A DNA stretch of 64,000 bases from Hypanus sabinus. Lineage: Eukaryota. The first letter of the stretch is position 1, and every line of letters starts with the position of its first letter. Of this stretch, positions 49,401 through 62,251 are shown in pieces. The translations under genes were made by a program, and so were the position numbers. The notes under the pieces are model-generated. The model was not told the origin of the DNA. It ran no database searches and worked only from the letters and a program-made list of their open reading frames with translations. The DNA lies in assembly GCF_030144855.1 (NCBI RefSeq), contig NC_082730.1:41354001-41418000 (forward strand), in the 5' to 3' direction.

Positions 49401-50994
49401 TTCCAATGAACCCCAAAATCATGTTTACTTTTGGAATACTTTTCAGTTTTAATATGTATGATTCCCTTTGTATGCTTATATCATTTAAACTGAACCAGAC
49501 CCTGATTTAACCACATGACTGTACATCAGTAATGTGTAATTCAGGAAATCTGATTTCTACATTAAACATTAGATTATCTAAGCCAAACATAATTAGTCAT
49601 TGTTGAGGTCCAAATTGAATCTCAATGAATGCACAAGTTAATTTATGATTCCTCTTTTGTTTGTCAACTTTTGATTTCAACTGGATAACTGATTATATGA
49701 GAAAAATAAAAATAAAATTTTCTTAATTCTTTTTATTTTATTTGGTTCCACAATTACCCCACAAATAAGTAGAATTACCTCCATTCATATTAACCCCCGG
49801 AGTTTTACCTTGCTTTATGTTGACCTATTCTGAGATCTCCATTCAAACTTTCTGATTACTTAAAGAACAAAAATCATAATTATCATAGAACTGCATTGGC
49901 TTCCAATTATTATATTTGCCTTCTGTGTTTTAAATACGTTTGAGTGTTTCATAAAATAGAACATAAATCAACTCAATTCTCCAATCTGAAGTTCAAGATT
50001 CTGGAGAACCTTTTCTGCGTTATGGTTCCACTCTTTATTACTTGTCTCTTTTGGGAAATTAAATATATTTGGTCATTGTTGTGGCTAAGGAAGTAGCTAA
50101 GTGCACCTATTAGTGCACCTATGAAGCAATTCCCATTTCTAAATGGTGCTGAATTGGTCAGTATTAACACTGCAGCAATAGATCATCAGCAGGATAAATC
50201 TAATGTGTTTCACAACAATAAATCTGATGTAGTTCTAGAGCAAAGCATTTCACAAGGCCGATGGAAAAGAGATTTTCATTCTGCTTGGGTGTATAACAGG
50301 TGTTTAGCAGTGTCATAAGAAGGTCAGTAAGACCACTGTGGAACTTTCCCCTCTGAACATGTTTTTAAATCTATCTAAAGTTGTTGAGAACAGTTGAGAA
50401 AGAACTTGTTTTCTTACCTGTTCTCTCAAAATGTTTAAGCTTGCATGAACCTGTGAAAGGTTCTGTACTGGGAGGCAATCGAGTATTGAAGTGAACCAGA
50501 GTTAGAGCCAGCTCAGTACTTTATAAACAAATGCCACCTGACTGAAATCAAGTACGCAACTTATGCTCCTGACCTGTAAGTATCATAAGCGTTATTTTTT
50601 TCATAATGGACATTGCATTTCAAAGTGAATTGCTCCTCAGAAGAAGCTATTATAGATCTTGATAACTTTAACTGATATCTTTTATAATCCATATATTTTT
50701 CACTGTTCCACTAGATTGCTCCAGATAAGGCCTGGCTCAGATCACCTGAAAGGACATATATGCAGCATTTTGTTATGTTGAGCACCTAATGGAGGGACAT
50801 CATCAATTAATAGATTTCCTTGATTCCTTAATTACTCTCATAATGCATGTTATTGTTCTCTAAATACATAAATGTATGTATGTATTCAAAGTAGATATTA
50901 AGCTTTTTTTCCAGTAAATTTCATGACCATCATATCAGTTTAGTCATTTCCTATTATCTTGAAAGAGTAATTAGGAGGTTGGTCAAAATGGTCC

Positions 50995-52205
50995 AGTCGC
51001 TTGGCATTTAGGATGAGGGAGTAAATTGGATTAGATTTTGGTTTTGTGAGAGAAAACAGAGAGTGGTAGAAGATTGTTGCCTCTCTGAATGGAAGCCTGT
51101 GACTTAGTGTTGTGCCACAGGAATTGGTGCTGGGTCCATTGCTATTTGTCATCTATATCAATGATCGAGATGACACTTCTGGATTTTTATTTCTGCTTTT
51201 ACACTACACATTTAATTTAACTATCATACGTACATACTTACCATAATTCAGTTTTTTTTCTATCTTATCATGTATTGCATTGTACTGCTGCCGCAAATTA
51301 ACATATTTCATGATATATGCTAGTGATATTAAACCTGATTCTGATTATGACAATGTAGTAAACTGGATCAGCAAATTTGTGGATAAAACCAAGATCGGCG
51401 GGCTAGTGGACAGTGAGGAAGACCACCAAAGCTTGCAGCAGGTTGTGGACCAGCTGGAAAAATGGGCTGAAAAATTGTAGATGCAATTTAATGCAGACAA
51501 GTATGAGATTATGCACTTGGGAGGGCGAACCAGGATAGGACATAAACATAGAGCACTGAGGAGTGTGATAGAACAAAGATATCTGGGAATACAGATCCAT
51601 AATTCTTAAAAGAGCTTTCAACACGTTGACCTTCCCAAATCAATGTCTTGAGCACAGGAGTTAGGATGTTATGTTGAAGTGGTTTAAGGCATTGATGAGG
51701 CCTAATTTAGAGCATTGTGTGCTCAGGAAAGTTATTAATAAGACTGAAGGAGTACAGAGAAAATTGATAAGGATATTGCCAGGACTTGAGGACCTGAGTT
51801 ATAGGGAAAGGTTGAATAGGTTAGGACTTTATTCCCTAGAGCATAGGAGAATGAGGTGAGATTTGATAGAAGTATGATAAATTATGAGGGGCATATATAG
51901 GGATAAGGGGCAAGTAGGAGTTTTCCATTGAGATTGAGTGAGACTGGAACTACAGGTCATTGATTAAGGGTGAAAGGTGATATGTTTAGGGGAAACATGA
52001 GGGGAAACTTCACTCAGAGGATAAAGAGAGTGTGGAACAAGCTGCCAGCAGAAGTGGTGGAAGTGCATTTGGTTTCAACACTTAAGAGCAATTTGGATAG
52101 GTATTGTTCAGATGCAGGTCAATGGGACTAGGCACAATAATATTTTGGCATGGACTAGATGGGCCAAAGGGCCTGTATATGTTCTGTAGTACTTTATTGC
52201 TCTAA
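50995..52205 (+). mobile_element. Degraded CR1 RT and 3' end with nested Rex1 tail (51175-51347)
   Basis: WISKFVDKTKIGG, LMRPNLEHC, LSYRERLNRLGLYSLE; insertion flanked by ATGACA/ATGACA and ending AAACCTGATTCTGATT. Confidence 0.88.
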
Positions 52206-55200
52206 TTACTTTAGTAGTCATTTTGTATAAATCATACTGAGCATGAAATTTGAATTATGATTAGTCATGATATTTTAACCTCAGAGTTACAGCTAAGAAC
52301 ATAAGATATGGAAAAGGGTCATAAATTTTTAGATCTGTCTTGTTATTCAGTAATTGGCTTCACCTCCACTTCCCTGTCTGATCTCTATATTCCATCATTT
52401 CCCTGAAGAATAGAAATCTGTCCATCACAATCTTGACTGAGGCTAAAGGGCCACCATTCAGATCTTCCTGGGATAGAGTATTTGAAAGGTTAACAGCTAA
52501 CTTAGAGGTTAAAAAAACTTTATATGAGACTTATTTTGAGATCTTGCACCCTGGTCTTTAAATCCCCTGCCAGGTAAAACCGCTTCTCAGCATATATTCC
52601 ATCAAGCCTCTTCAGAACTGTGCATTTTGTCGTAAAAACAACTTGCAATTGTTTTTCCAAAGGTCTAGAGAGCAACTAAAATCCCAGTCTACTCAATCTT
52701 TCTTCAAGACAGCCTTCCAAACCAGGAATTAATCTAATGAATCTTCCCTGTGTAACTTCCCTAGGCATATATTTTCTTCCAAATGTAATTAAAAAAAAAA
52801 CAAGTATGTTTGGAGTGATCTTACTAAAACCCTCATATTAAAGTCCACTATTCATCTGTCTTCCTAATTACTTGCTTTGCCTGTAAGTTAATTTATTGTT
52901 TTTTTTCATAAAACTATATTAACTCCATCTATTTAGCTGAAGTTTTCCAAGTATCTTACTCCATCCAGTATTTTTCTGATTATTATACCAATGCTCTTCC
53001 TGGGTTAAAAATCCCAGTTCATGTGCACCCAGACAAATGGACAAGCTCCTACAAATATTATTAAATACAAAGGAGAACTGGTCTTGTAAAACAAAACCTA
53101 TTTGCATGTAACCTCCCTGCAGTAAGCAGACGCCATAGTCTCTGAGCTGCCAGGTTCAGCCAGGAGGCCACTCAAGACAGTTGTTTTGGAATCTCCAGAA
53201 CAATTGCTTCTGCTGATACATGCGCAATAAAGTGTATTATACAATGTAATAGCCACTGATGCTTCATGTGCATCAAAACTAGCCATTTAGTGCGGAGTAT
53301 TCTGATTATGTACCATTGCAACCGGGCAGTGGAAGCCTATAAATAAATGTTTATATAAGTTGGCACTTACAGCACTATCGAGGTATTACCATACTGTGTG
53401 CGCTTTTTAGTACTTCCAAACTTATGGACATCTATAAAAATGGAACTTGTAACAAGGGAGTTACCTACATTTTGCCTCTGTTTTCATTCTCTGTTTTGAA
53501 TATTGATTGTCTCTCCCACAGAGTATTTATTCTTCTTTGGTTGAAAATTATGAAGTACTTTCTTACACGTTTGTCATTGCTTATCTTCTACACATCATTA
53601 TTCTCCAAGTGTGTTGCTTGGATTTCCAGCATCTGCAGATTTTCTCTTATTTGTGGTCAATATACCAGTGTTTGGTTTATGTATAGAATTTTTTTTTGTA
53701 TCTTGTATCTTGGTTTTGTTTTTACTAAGGAGCTTAGGGATCTGTTTGAGATGTAAGATACTTGCTCAGCACTGCAGAAGGATGGACCTGCTCTTAAAAC
53801 TTACAACGTTGACGTTTCAGGGAATGGCAAGTGCAGATGTCTACATTTAATTTGATGGCCCAACTTTGCAGGGAGGCAGTTTAAATAAGCTATTATGAAA
53901 TGGTTAATGTAAATATTGATCAGAGAAGTTGTTACAAATGCAACTATACCTTTTGAAATGCACGGCCATCCCAACCGTGTCATGCAAAAGCTAGTTTTCA
54001 CATTTTGAAGAGTGTCTCTTTATGTGATTAAGACATAATATAGAATCAATTGAACTAATCTTTTGCTTCTTGTTCAAATCACTTCCCTCCCCCATTTATA
54101 CCAGAATATACCCTAATGCAAAACTCACTTAGGAATAGAAACATAGAAACAGTCCAGTGCATTCAGAATCCAATGTGGATTCCTCTTAGAGGCCAAATGC
54201 AGCCCAGAACAATTCTAAATTCTGTCTTACAATACTTTCTTTTTTCATGTATATTTTGTAATAGGTTAGAAAATCTATAATGAAAATGCTGCTAGAAAAT
54301 ATTACTCTGCCATAGCTATTGTGAAAACCAATTACGTTTTGAAGTTTAACTTTAATAACATAATTTGTATAAGTCTATCTGAAATAACTACACACTTCTA
54401 CAGAAGAAGACTAACTAGTCACATTGTTAATATGAAGTATAACTGGAAAAAATAATACTCATTGGATTAAGTGGTGAACTGAACATTTGACCGAAGTTTT
54501 TGAATTTGCATTTGTTCATATATTTGTTTGGTGCATCTTATTCAACTCACTTAGCCTGCTGTTGTATGGAACTGAAATATATCCTATTGGCCTTGTAACA
54601 GGACATGTTTTCTAACACATGAGATGCCTCTGCCTTATCTTTTGTCAAAAAGCTCATTCTTCTGTAGAGGTGGGCATCTGAATTCAGCAAATTTATAGTG
54701 GTAATAACCTTAGTGAATATGCTCAGCTATGATCATGTTATTTTTGTTTTCATGACTCAGGTGCTATGGGTTCTAAAACTGAAGCCGGTCTCAGGCCTTA
54801 ATTACAAACACTCACCTTTATGGAACACTATCTTACCTATGGCACTCCCTACCTGGCATTTAGTTCAAACGTTGAAGTTATTCTCTTGCACTGCCAGTTG
54901 AAAAGAGATATGACTGATGAAAATCATAAAAGGCTTATGTCACTGTGCTCTTCGCATCACAGCAAAATCCAAAGGAATTTTCACTCAGTGAACATTTTTG
55001 AAACGTAGCCACTACTGTCATTGTAGGAAACTTGGTTCCAAATTTGTCATGAACGTTGTTCTCTAAATGGCAATATGAATAGTGCTTAGATAATCTAATG
55101 TTGTTTGAGAAATATGATTCAGAGAGAGCTGTTCTGTTCAGCTTTAAAACAATACCATGAATGTTTTTACAACTCCCTCGTGGCAATAAACACCAATGTT

Positions 55201-55454
55201 GAATGTCATATTTGGATTTCCAAGATCAGATTTGGATTCAGCTCTTCTAGACATCTTCTCCTTTGCATCCTCTAATATCTTCTCACAAACATGCACACCC
55301 AACTTCTACCTCCACCACAATGTGTACAAATAACTGTCTCAGCAGATCAATTGTTTGTTTCTCCTTGATTTAGAGAGTTGATTACCTCTCCAGACTTTCT
55401 TACCCCACCTGACATGGGTTACAGCACCGAGGTATCATGGGGAAATTCAGGAGA

Positions 55455-55560
55455 ATGAATAAACTCTTCTTGGGCTGGAAACTGGGTACATGTACCTAGC
55501 TGGAAGCCCGAGAAGTATTATTTCATCATATATGCTGGGAAAGCACGAGTTTCTTTTTCA
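55455..55560. repeat. Fold-back hairpin derived from the second Penelope-like terminal module
   Basis: Arms 55455-55490 and 55491-55526 centred on GGTACA|TGTACC; the right arm matches 26633-26668. Confidence 0.75.
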
Positions 55561-55764
55561 ATTCAGAACTTTGAAAAGGTCATTTTGTAACAGAGCAGCA
55601 GAATATTATTATAACATAGAAACAAGCTCTCAGCCCACTGAATCCATGCTGACTGTCCAGTACCTATTTACTGCCGTTCTGCACTAATTCCTCATTGATG
55701 CTCTCCGCATTCCTGTCCGTTTCCCACAGGTTCTAATGGGGCATTTTACATTGGCCCATCAATA

Positions 55765-56400
55765 GTCAAGATTCAAGATTGTTTAATAGCATTTTCTGTG
55801 CAGAGGTGTAAGGAGAATGCAATGATTGTTACTCCGGATCCCATGCAGCACCAAAAGAACACAAGATATAAAGAACACAATAATAACAAAAAAAAACAAT
55901 AAATATAAAAACATAAGATAGCTTACATCCATGGATTGATTGTATGTCCTTAAAGAGATGCTAGGCTGTAGATACAGAGACTGACGGGAAATAATATAGT
56001 GTGGAGTTAGTGGATGGAGATGTTGATCAGCGTTGCTGCTTGAGGATAGTAACTTTCTTCAGTCTGGTGGACCCGGCGTGGATGCCGTGTAGTCTTTTCC
56101 CTGATGGGAATGGGACAAACAATCCGTGTGTGTGTGTGGGATCCTTCATGATGTTACTAGCCCTTTCCCAGCACGTCTCTGTATATACATCCTTGGTGGG
56201 GAGTAGACTGGTGCCAGTGATGCATTGGGCAGTTTTGACTACCCATTGTAGCGCCTTCCTCTCTGCCACTGTCAGTTTCCACACCAAGCAGTGATACAGC
56301 TTGTTAGAAATGCTCTCTACTGCACATCTTTAGAATGATGTGTGTATGGATGTGCAAAGTTCAGATCTGCTCAGAATGTTGAAGTTTGGTGAGCTTTCTT
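55765..56400 (-). mobile_element. Rex1/Babar 3' fragment
   Basis: ERKALQWVVKTAQCITGTSL...ASNIMKDPTHTHGLFVPFPSGKRL; (TCAAGAT)2 tail at 55766-55779. Confidence 0.88.
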
Positions 56401-57176
56401 GACTAGTTAGGGTGTAACTCCTGGACAACTAGTCTCAAATGCTGTGTTTTCATTGTAAATAATTTTTATTTATCAAAAATCACTTTGAATACATGCTTTA
56501 GTGAGGTCAATTACACAGATAGTTGCATTTTTGCTGGGTTACATGATATTCTAAGTGAGGAAGTCCTGATAGGGAGAACTATTAAATGTCTGTATCAGAG
56601 GCCACAGTCATCTCCAGGCTCTGTTTAGCTGGATACAGATGTGGTATCCCGGGGTGCACTGATAACAAAAGTAACCATTGTGTTGCTGACAGTAAATCTG
56701 TGATATCTTAGCTTTTCACATGCCCTGTCTATGACTGCAGACAGGATGGAGGAGTGAAGCTCTGGACTTGTTTCACAGGCCATTGTGTAGATGACTTTTT
56801 CCACAGTTAAAGCAGCCAATTCCATGGAACATCAATCATGCTACACAAACAAGATCATGCAGGTCTTGGCAACAGTTGTGCAGACCCCAGATGTCATCAT
56901 TTCTGGTGTTTAAATAGAATGTCAAACCCATCAACCATTTTCACAGAGTGCTACTGATCCATAACAAGCTACACTATGGCTGGTGTAAAGTGCAGTTGGC
57001 TTATGAGAAGAGTGTTAGCAGAAAGGAGACATGGAAGTTGGAATTCCATGCAAAACATACATATTTTTTCTTTTTCCAGCAGTCCTCAGTGCACAGCTGC
57101 AGGTGGAGATCAACAACTAGAGATCACCAGCCAAAATAACCTCAAGAATAAGACTGAGGAATTGAACAACCTTTCA

Positions 57177-57178
<2 letters not shown>

Positions 57179-57230
<52 letters not shown>
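57179..57230. repeat. (CT)n microsatellite
   Basis: About 26 perfect CT units. Confidence 0.98.
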
Positions 57231-57232
<2 letters not shown>

Positions 57233-59129
57233 GGAGTAAAGCTTTATAACCTTTCCAGGGATTTTTGCAAAGAGAGAAAAATTATGTGAAATTCATAAAA
57301 TCATCAAAATGACTATTCTGCCAAATTTTCAGGGAAGGCACTCACCACCTTCATTTGCTTGTTGATGGATGAGTGCAAATAAATTGATAGTCACCCATTG
57401 AGAGTGTGGGAGCCCATTTCCCAGACGATTATTCAGTGCTTCAGAAGACTGTGTACAACCATCTTCACAAAGGGCAGTAAGAGATGAACAATAATTGCTG
57501 TTCTTGTAGATGACACCTACATCTCACTGCACAATGAGTGATGGATTCTTACTGTACTGCTCCAACTGTTGATGTGATTGAGTGGAGGAGATGGATTGGA
57601 CAAGATTAGCTGTAAGGTGGGATTGTCACATTCGATCTATAGCAATAACCAATGGAACCTTAAAATGGATAGAATTTCCAGACATTAGCATTGGCTGCAG
57701 GCGCTTCTTTGGACTCTACTGTTTCTTCACTGACTTACCAGCTCTTTGTTGTGCTGAAGTTGAGAGAGAGGTTGCTGGCATGACATCATACAAATATCTC
57801 CCCCCCCCAACCCCTACAGCGATAATTTAAGGACAATGTCAGGCCAGATGCTTTCTGAGAGCTCAGTCTCTGGGTTTAGGTGCCTTGAAGGCCCTCAGAG
57901 TTGGTGGTGACATTCCAATCCCCTCCTGCTCGAAACATGCATAGAATGTGTCAAGTTAATCAGGGATGTGCTGTCATTGGCAATGCTGCCCGACTTTACT
58001 TTGTAGCCAGTTATAGCATATAAGCCCTGCCCTAATGATGGCTAGCCTGGCTGTCAATTTTGGGATGGTCCAAAGTATAATGCTAAGCAAATAAGAGCTG
58101 TGGTAATTTTCATAATCTGTACAATGAAAGGTCACAAGGTCAACAGAGAGGACATTCTCTCAAGAAGACTATCATGACCACAGAGTATTTGGTGGTATTT
58201 TACAGACGCTGATGTACTGTTCTAATTCATTTGTAGGTAGTGCTTTAAAATATCTTCAGCAAATATCTGTGCTTAAAGTTCTTTAAAGCAAATTCTCAAA
58301 AGCGAATTCTAAGACTCGGCATGAATTCACCGATGGTTTTTGTATTTTATATTATGCCGGTAAATTTTGGAAGAAATTTGAGCTGAGAAAACCTTTGAAA
58401 ATGAGCACTATATGCAAATGAATCACTGACTGAATCTAATGCAGAAGTTTAAAAACTGGGGGCCAGAATAGATCCAGTTGGGACATGATTTTCATCTGAA
58501 AACTCTAACCAAATTCTGAGCTTGTTCCATAATTCCACCTTGAATTGGGAAGATAGATAAATGCAGAGAGTGATGTAAATGTTGAATCTGGTTTTTAAAT
58601 TGATAATATCTGAAGGGAGCAGCTAATCATCATGCTTCAATACACACGCGTTTCATTACTGCAGATGCTCATTTTTTGTACAGTTGCTTGAAATCAATAG
58701 AGTAGAAGCCTCTCAACTTCTTGTGAATTCACCTCACATTCACAAAAATGACACCTACAACTATTTTGCATACGCCACCTTTTATATGCAACCTTATCAT
58801 CAAACAAAAGAACATCTGTCTTCTAACAGATGGAAGAAATATCAAAGGAATATATAGAAAATTGTGATTATGTATCATGTTGCTACATTGCCATCTGCAG
58901 TCATAGATGTTGGGACTTCTGTAGACAATTTTATGGGTTTCTTTAAATAAAGTTTGTGTTGGATCTTAATCACTTCACATATATTCATTGCACAGAAAGA
59001 CAGGCACATACCATCCTTGTGTGTTGTCGAGGGCTGTGCAACGCTGTGACGACAGCTGAGATTCAGGTTCTGCTGATTCAGTCCTACAGATGAATAAACA
59101 AAAGTTTTGATGCAATAATATGACATAAC

Positions 59130-59686
59130 TATGCTCAGTGTCCACTTCATTTGGTACACCTGCTCATTAATGCAAGTTCATCCAGTCATGTGGCAGAAAT
59201 CAATGCCTAAAAGCATGCAGACATGGTCAAGAGATTCAGTTGTTGTTCAGACCGAACATCAGAGTGGGGAAGAAGTGTAATCTAAGTAACTTTAAGTATG
59301 TAATGCCTGTTGGTGCCAGACCGGGTGGTTTGAGTATCTCAGAAACCGCTGATCTCCTGGGATCTTACCGCACAACAATCTTTGGAGTTTACAGAGAATG
59401 GTGCGAGAAACAAAAATAAATCGAGTGAGTGGCAGAACTGCAGATGAAAATGCCTTGTGAATGAGAAGTTCAGAGGATGGCCAGACTGGTTCAAGCTGAC
59501 AGGAAGGGTGACAGTAACTTAGATATCAATGCATTACAACAGGGGTGTGCAGCCGAGCATCTCTGAACACACAATATGTGAAACCTTGAAGAAGATGGGC
59601 TGCAGCAGCAGAAGACCATGAAGATACAGAAATACACTCAGTTGCCATTCTGTTTGGTACCTCCTGTACCTAATAAATTAACCACT
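59130..59686 (+). mobile_element. Non-autonomous Tc1-like DNA transposon (N-terminal HTH relic)
   Basis: Left TIR CTCAGTGTCCACTTCATTTGGTACA, right TIR TGTACCTAATAAATTAACCACT; decayed VGARPGGLSISETADLLGSYRTTIFGVYREW and LKKMGCSSRRP. Confidence 0.85.
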
Positions 59687-59754
59687 TCTAAAATATTTCT
59701 CATGTTCCCCTACAGATGGGTGTTGATAGTCAGAAGCTAGCACAGTACAAGAGA

Positions 59755-59955
59755 TGTGGGTTTCCCCTGATGCTCTGGTTTGCCCCTACATTCCAAAGAT
59801 GTCCGGTTAGGATTATTAAATTGTGGTTGCGTTATGTTGACACTGGAGGCATGGCAACACTTGTGGACTGCCCCAGCACAATGCTTGCTGATTTGATTTG
59901 ACACCAATGATGGATTTCTCTGTATGTTTTGGTTCAGATGTGACAAATAAATCTA
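59755..59955 (+). mobile_element. V-SINE fragment
   Basis: TGTGGGTTTCCCCTGATGCTCTGGTTTGCCCTACATTCCAAAGATG V domain; tail TGTGACAAATAAATCTAAT. Confidence 0.75.
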
Positions 59956-61544
59956 ATTATTAATAATAGAAATGTGGGGCAAATAAATTGGGCTTACTGT
60001 TGGATTGGCGACACAGACTTAATGGGCTGAAAGGCCTCTTTCCATGTTGCACAACTATACTGTAAATATTTTATCACATTGGATGTATTAATATTCTATA
60101 TTGTATTTAGCCTTACTATCAGTAACATTTATCAATTTATTTAAAAACGATGAGCCAAAGATTTAAAAATCCAAGGCAAATTCTGAAATTCATCTATGTT
60201 ACTTCTTAGAGTGTTTACAGTATTCTGTTCCCCTTGATAAATGTAATATTATAGATTACATTATTAGATTAAGTCCATTATTATTTACAGTCACAAACCA
60301 AAACAAAGTCTATTAAAATAATATTCCATCAATACTTGAGAATTATTTAGAAAGGGATGTTAGAATTATCAGAGAAGAAATAGAAGTTGAAATAGCTTAG
60401 AGCTCTTGGGTAATTTAGCTTGCAGCACTCGGTGAAAGGTTGATTTCATATGATTGTACTGTTTTAAACTGAATGAAGGTGGTTTATTAATTCAGTCACT
60501 AGTCAGAACTTCCAGTAAATGATACATAAAAGAAAGGAAACAAATAAGGCTAAAGTAAGAAGGATAAATTAACATTGAAATTGATGTATTACTGGATGAG
60601 AAAACATCATGTTTCTAGTTCATGCTATATGCCATTGCAAATATTTGAAGACAACATCAGAGTAATAATTTTACATAAAGGAGACACAATAGTGATTGCC
60701 TTGAATGACAAGATCTGACATACAGTGTGCTCAATTTTGTGTAGTCGAATATTAATTGTAGAAAGAAATCAACAAAAAAATGTATTGAAGACAATTTGCA
60801 CTTAAAATCCAATTTATTAAAATAGGGTCCTAAATCAAATTTTGTTACTTAGGTGAAGTTCCATCTTCAGCCACATCCAAAGAACACATAATAACTTGAA
60901 TGATTCAGCTTATTTTGGAGTTGTGCTTGAAGCAAAAGCCATGATTAATACCTAGTGATCAGCTACGACTTTTCCATTGATCGTATTGTACAATGTAATT
61001 CCTCATTTCCCCCTTCAATTTCCTGCAAACATTTGTTGATGTATGATAGTTGTTTGTAGAATGAAAGGCAATTCAGCCAGTACAAAATAAAACCAAAAAT
61101 GTTTGCTGTAATTTGTAAAGTAATAATCAGTAAGAAGATGGTGATTCAAATAAGGCTTGGAATAATTTCACCAGAGGGAAAGCTTGGAAATTGAAACCAG
61201 TACTCTGGATGATGAGGGAGATATAATGTATGATGTTGATAGGATGATAAGAAGTGTGTTAGCCTTCATTAGTTGGGGGACTGAGTTCAAGGTCTGTGGT
61301 TTAATGTTGCAACTTCATAAATCTGGTTAGATTACACTTGGAGTATTGTGGTCAGTTTTGTTTGACTCGTTATCAGGATGTCGAAGTTTTAGACCTCCAG
61401 GAAGACCACAAGCTCTGCATGGTTTGGAGGCTTGTGCTCCTCAATGCCCTGGAAAACTATGCTGACTGGAGCCAGGGTTTTACACTTTGGCTCTTGGCAG
61501 GGTCTCCTCTGCCAAACAGGTCAAAGGGTAGAGGTCCTCTACGG

Positions 61545-62251
61545 TGCCTATTGCCTTGTTAATTAATTAATTAATTATTGTACTGCCCTGCACTGTTTTG
61601 TGCACTTCACAAAACAGTCCTGTGTCCTGTGTAGGTCTGTAGTCTAGTGTAGTTTTTGTGTTGTTTTACGTAATCTAGTGTCACCTTTAGTTGTCTCACA
61701 TAGTCTAGTGTAGTTTTTGTGTTGTTTTACGTAATCTAGTGTCACCTTTAGTTGTCTCACATAGTCTAGTGTAGTTTTTGTGTTGTTTTACGTAATCTAG
61801 TGTCACCTTTAGTTGTCTCACATAGTCTAGTGTAGTTTTTGTGTTGTTTTACGTAATCTAGTGTCACCTTTAGTTGTCTCACATAGTCTAGTGTAGTTTT
61901 TGTGTTGTTTTACGTAATCTAGTGTCACCTTTAGTTGTCTCACATAGTCTAGTGTAGTTTTTGTGTTGTTTTACGTAATCTAGTGTCACCTTTAGTTGTC
62001 TCACATAGTCTAGTGTAGTTTTGTGTTGTTTTACGTAATCTAGTGTCACCTTTAGTTGTCTCACATAGTCTAGTGTAGTTTTTGTGTTGTTTTACGTAAT
62101 CTAGTGTCACCTTTAGTTGTCTCACATAGTCTAGTGTAGTTTTGTGTTGTTTCATGTAGCACCATGGTCGTGGAGGAACATTGTTTTATTTTTACTGTGT
62201 ACTGTACCAGCAGCTTATGGTCGAAATGACAATAAAAAGCGACTTGACTTG
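61545..62251 (+). mobile_element. LINE 3' UTR fragment (Rex1-like) with (GACTT)n tail, carrying the minisatellite
   Basis: Ends GAAATGACAATAAAAAGCGACTTGACTTG; interrupts the RTE-related element. Confidence 0.6.
61640..62158 (+). repeat. 61-bp minisatellite, ~8.5 near-identical copies
   Basis: Unit TAGTCTAGTGTAGTTTTTGTGTTGTTTTACGTAATCTAGTGTCACCTTTAGTTGTCTCACA starts at 61640, 61701, 61762, 61823, 61884, 61945, 62006, 62066, 62127 (partial). Confidence 0.98.

Noticed and set aside
50418-50450. 33-nt minus-strand micro-exon (CAG|GTTCAT...ACAG|GTAAGA, VHASLNILREQ)
   Set aside because: Weak polypyrimidine tract with competing AGs and no partner exons; plausible by chance in 64 kb.
53098-53340. 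Minus-strand coding exon after a TTTATAG acceptor
   Set aside because: All three frames reach stops before a credible donor, and no protein similarity is recognisable.
57060-57239. Strong acceptor TTTTTTCTTTTTCCAG followed by an ORF
   Set aside because: The frame runs into the (CT)n microsatellite, there is no good donor, and the peptide is unrecognisable.
8336-58419. Several octamer motifs (ATGCAAAT/ATTTGCAT)
   Set aside because: Scattered and unclustered; a handful is expected in AT-rich sequence, and there is no immunoglobulin leader/V exon or snRNA gene nearby.
61640-62158. CRISPR-like regular array
   Set aside because: Units are contiguous and identical with no unique spacers, there are no cas genes, and the context is vertebrate DNA; it is a minisatellite. 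The repetitive ORFs at 61949-62321 are by-products.
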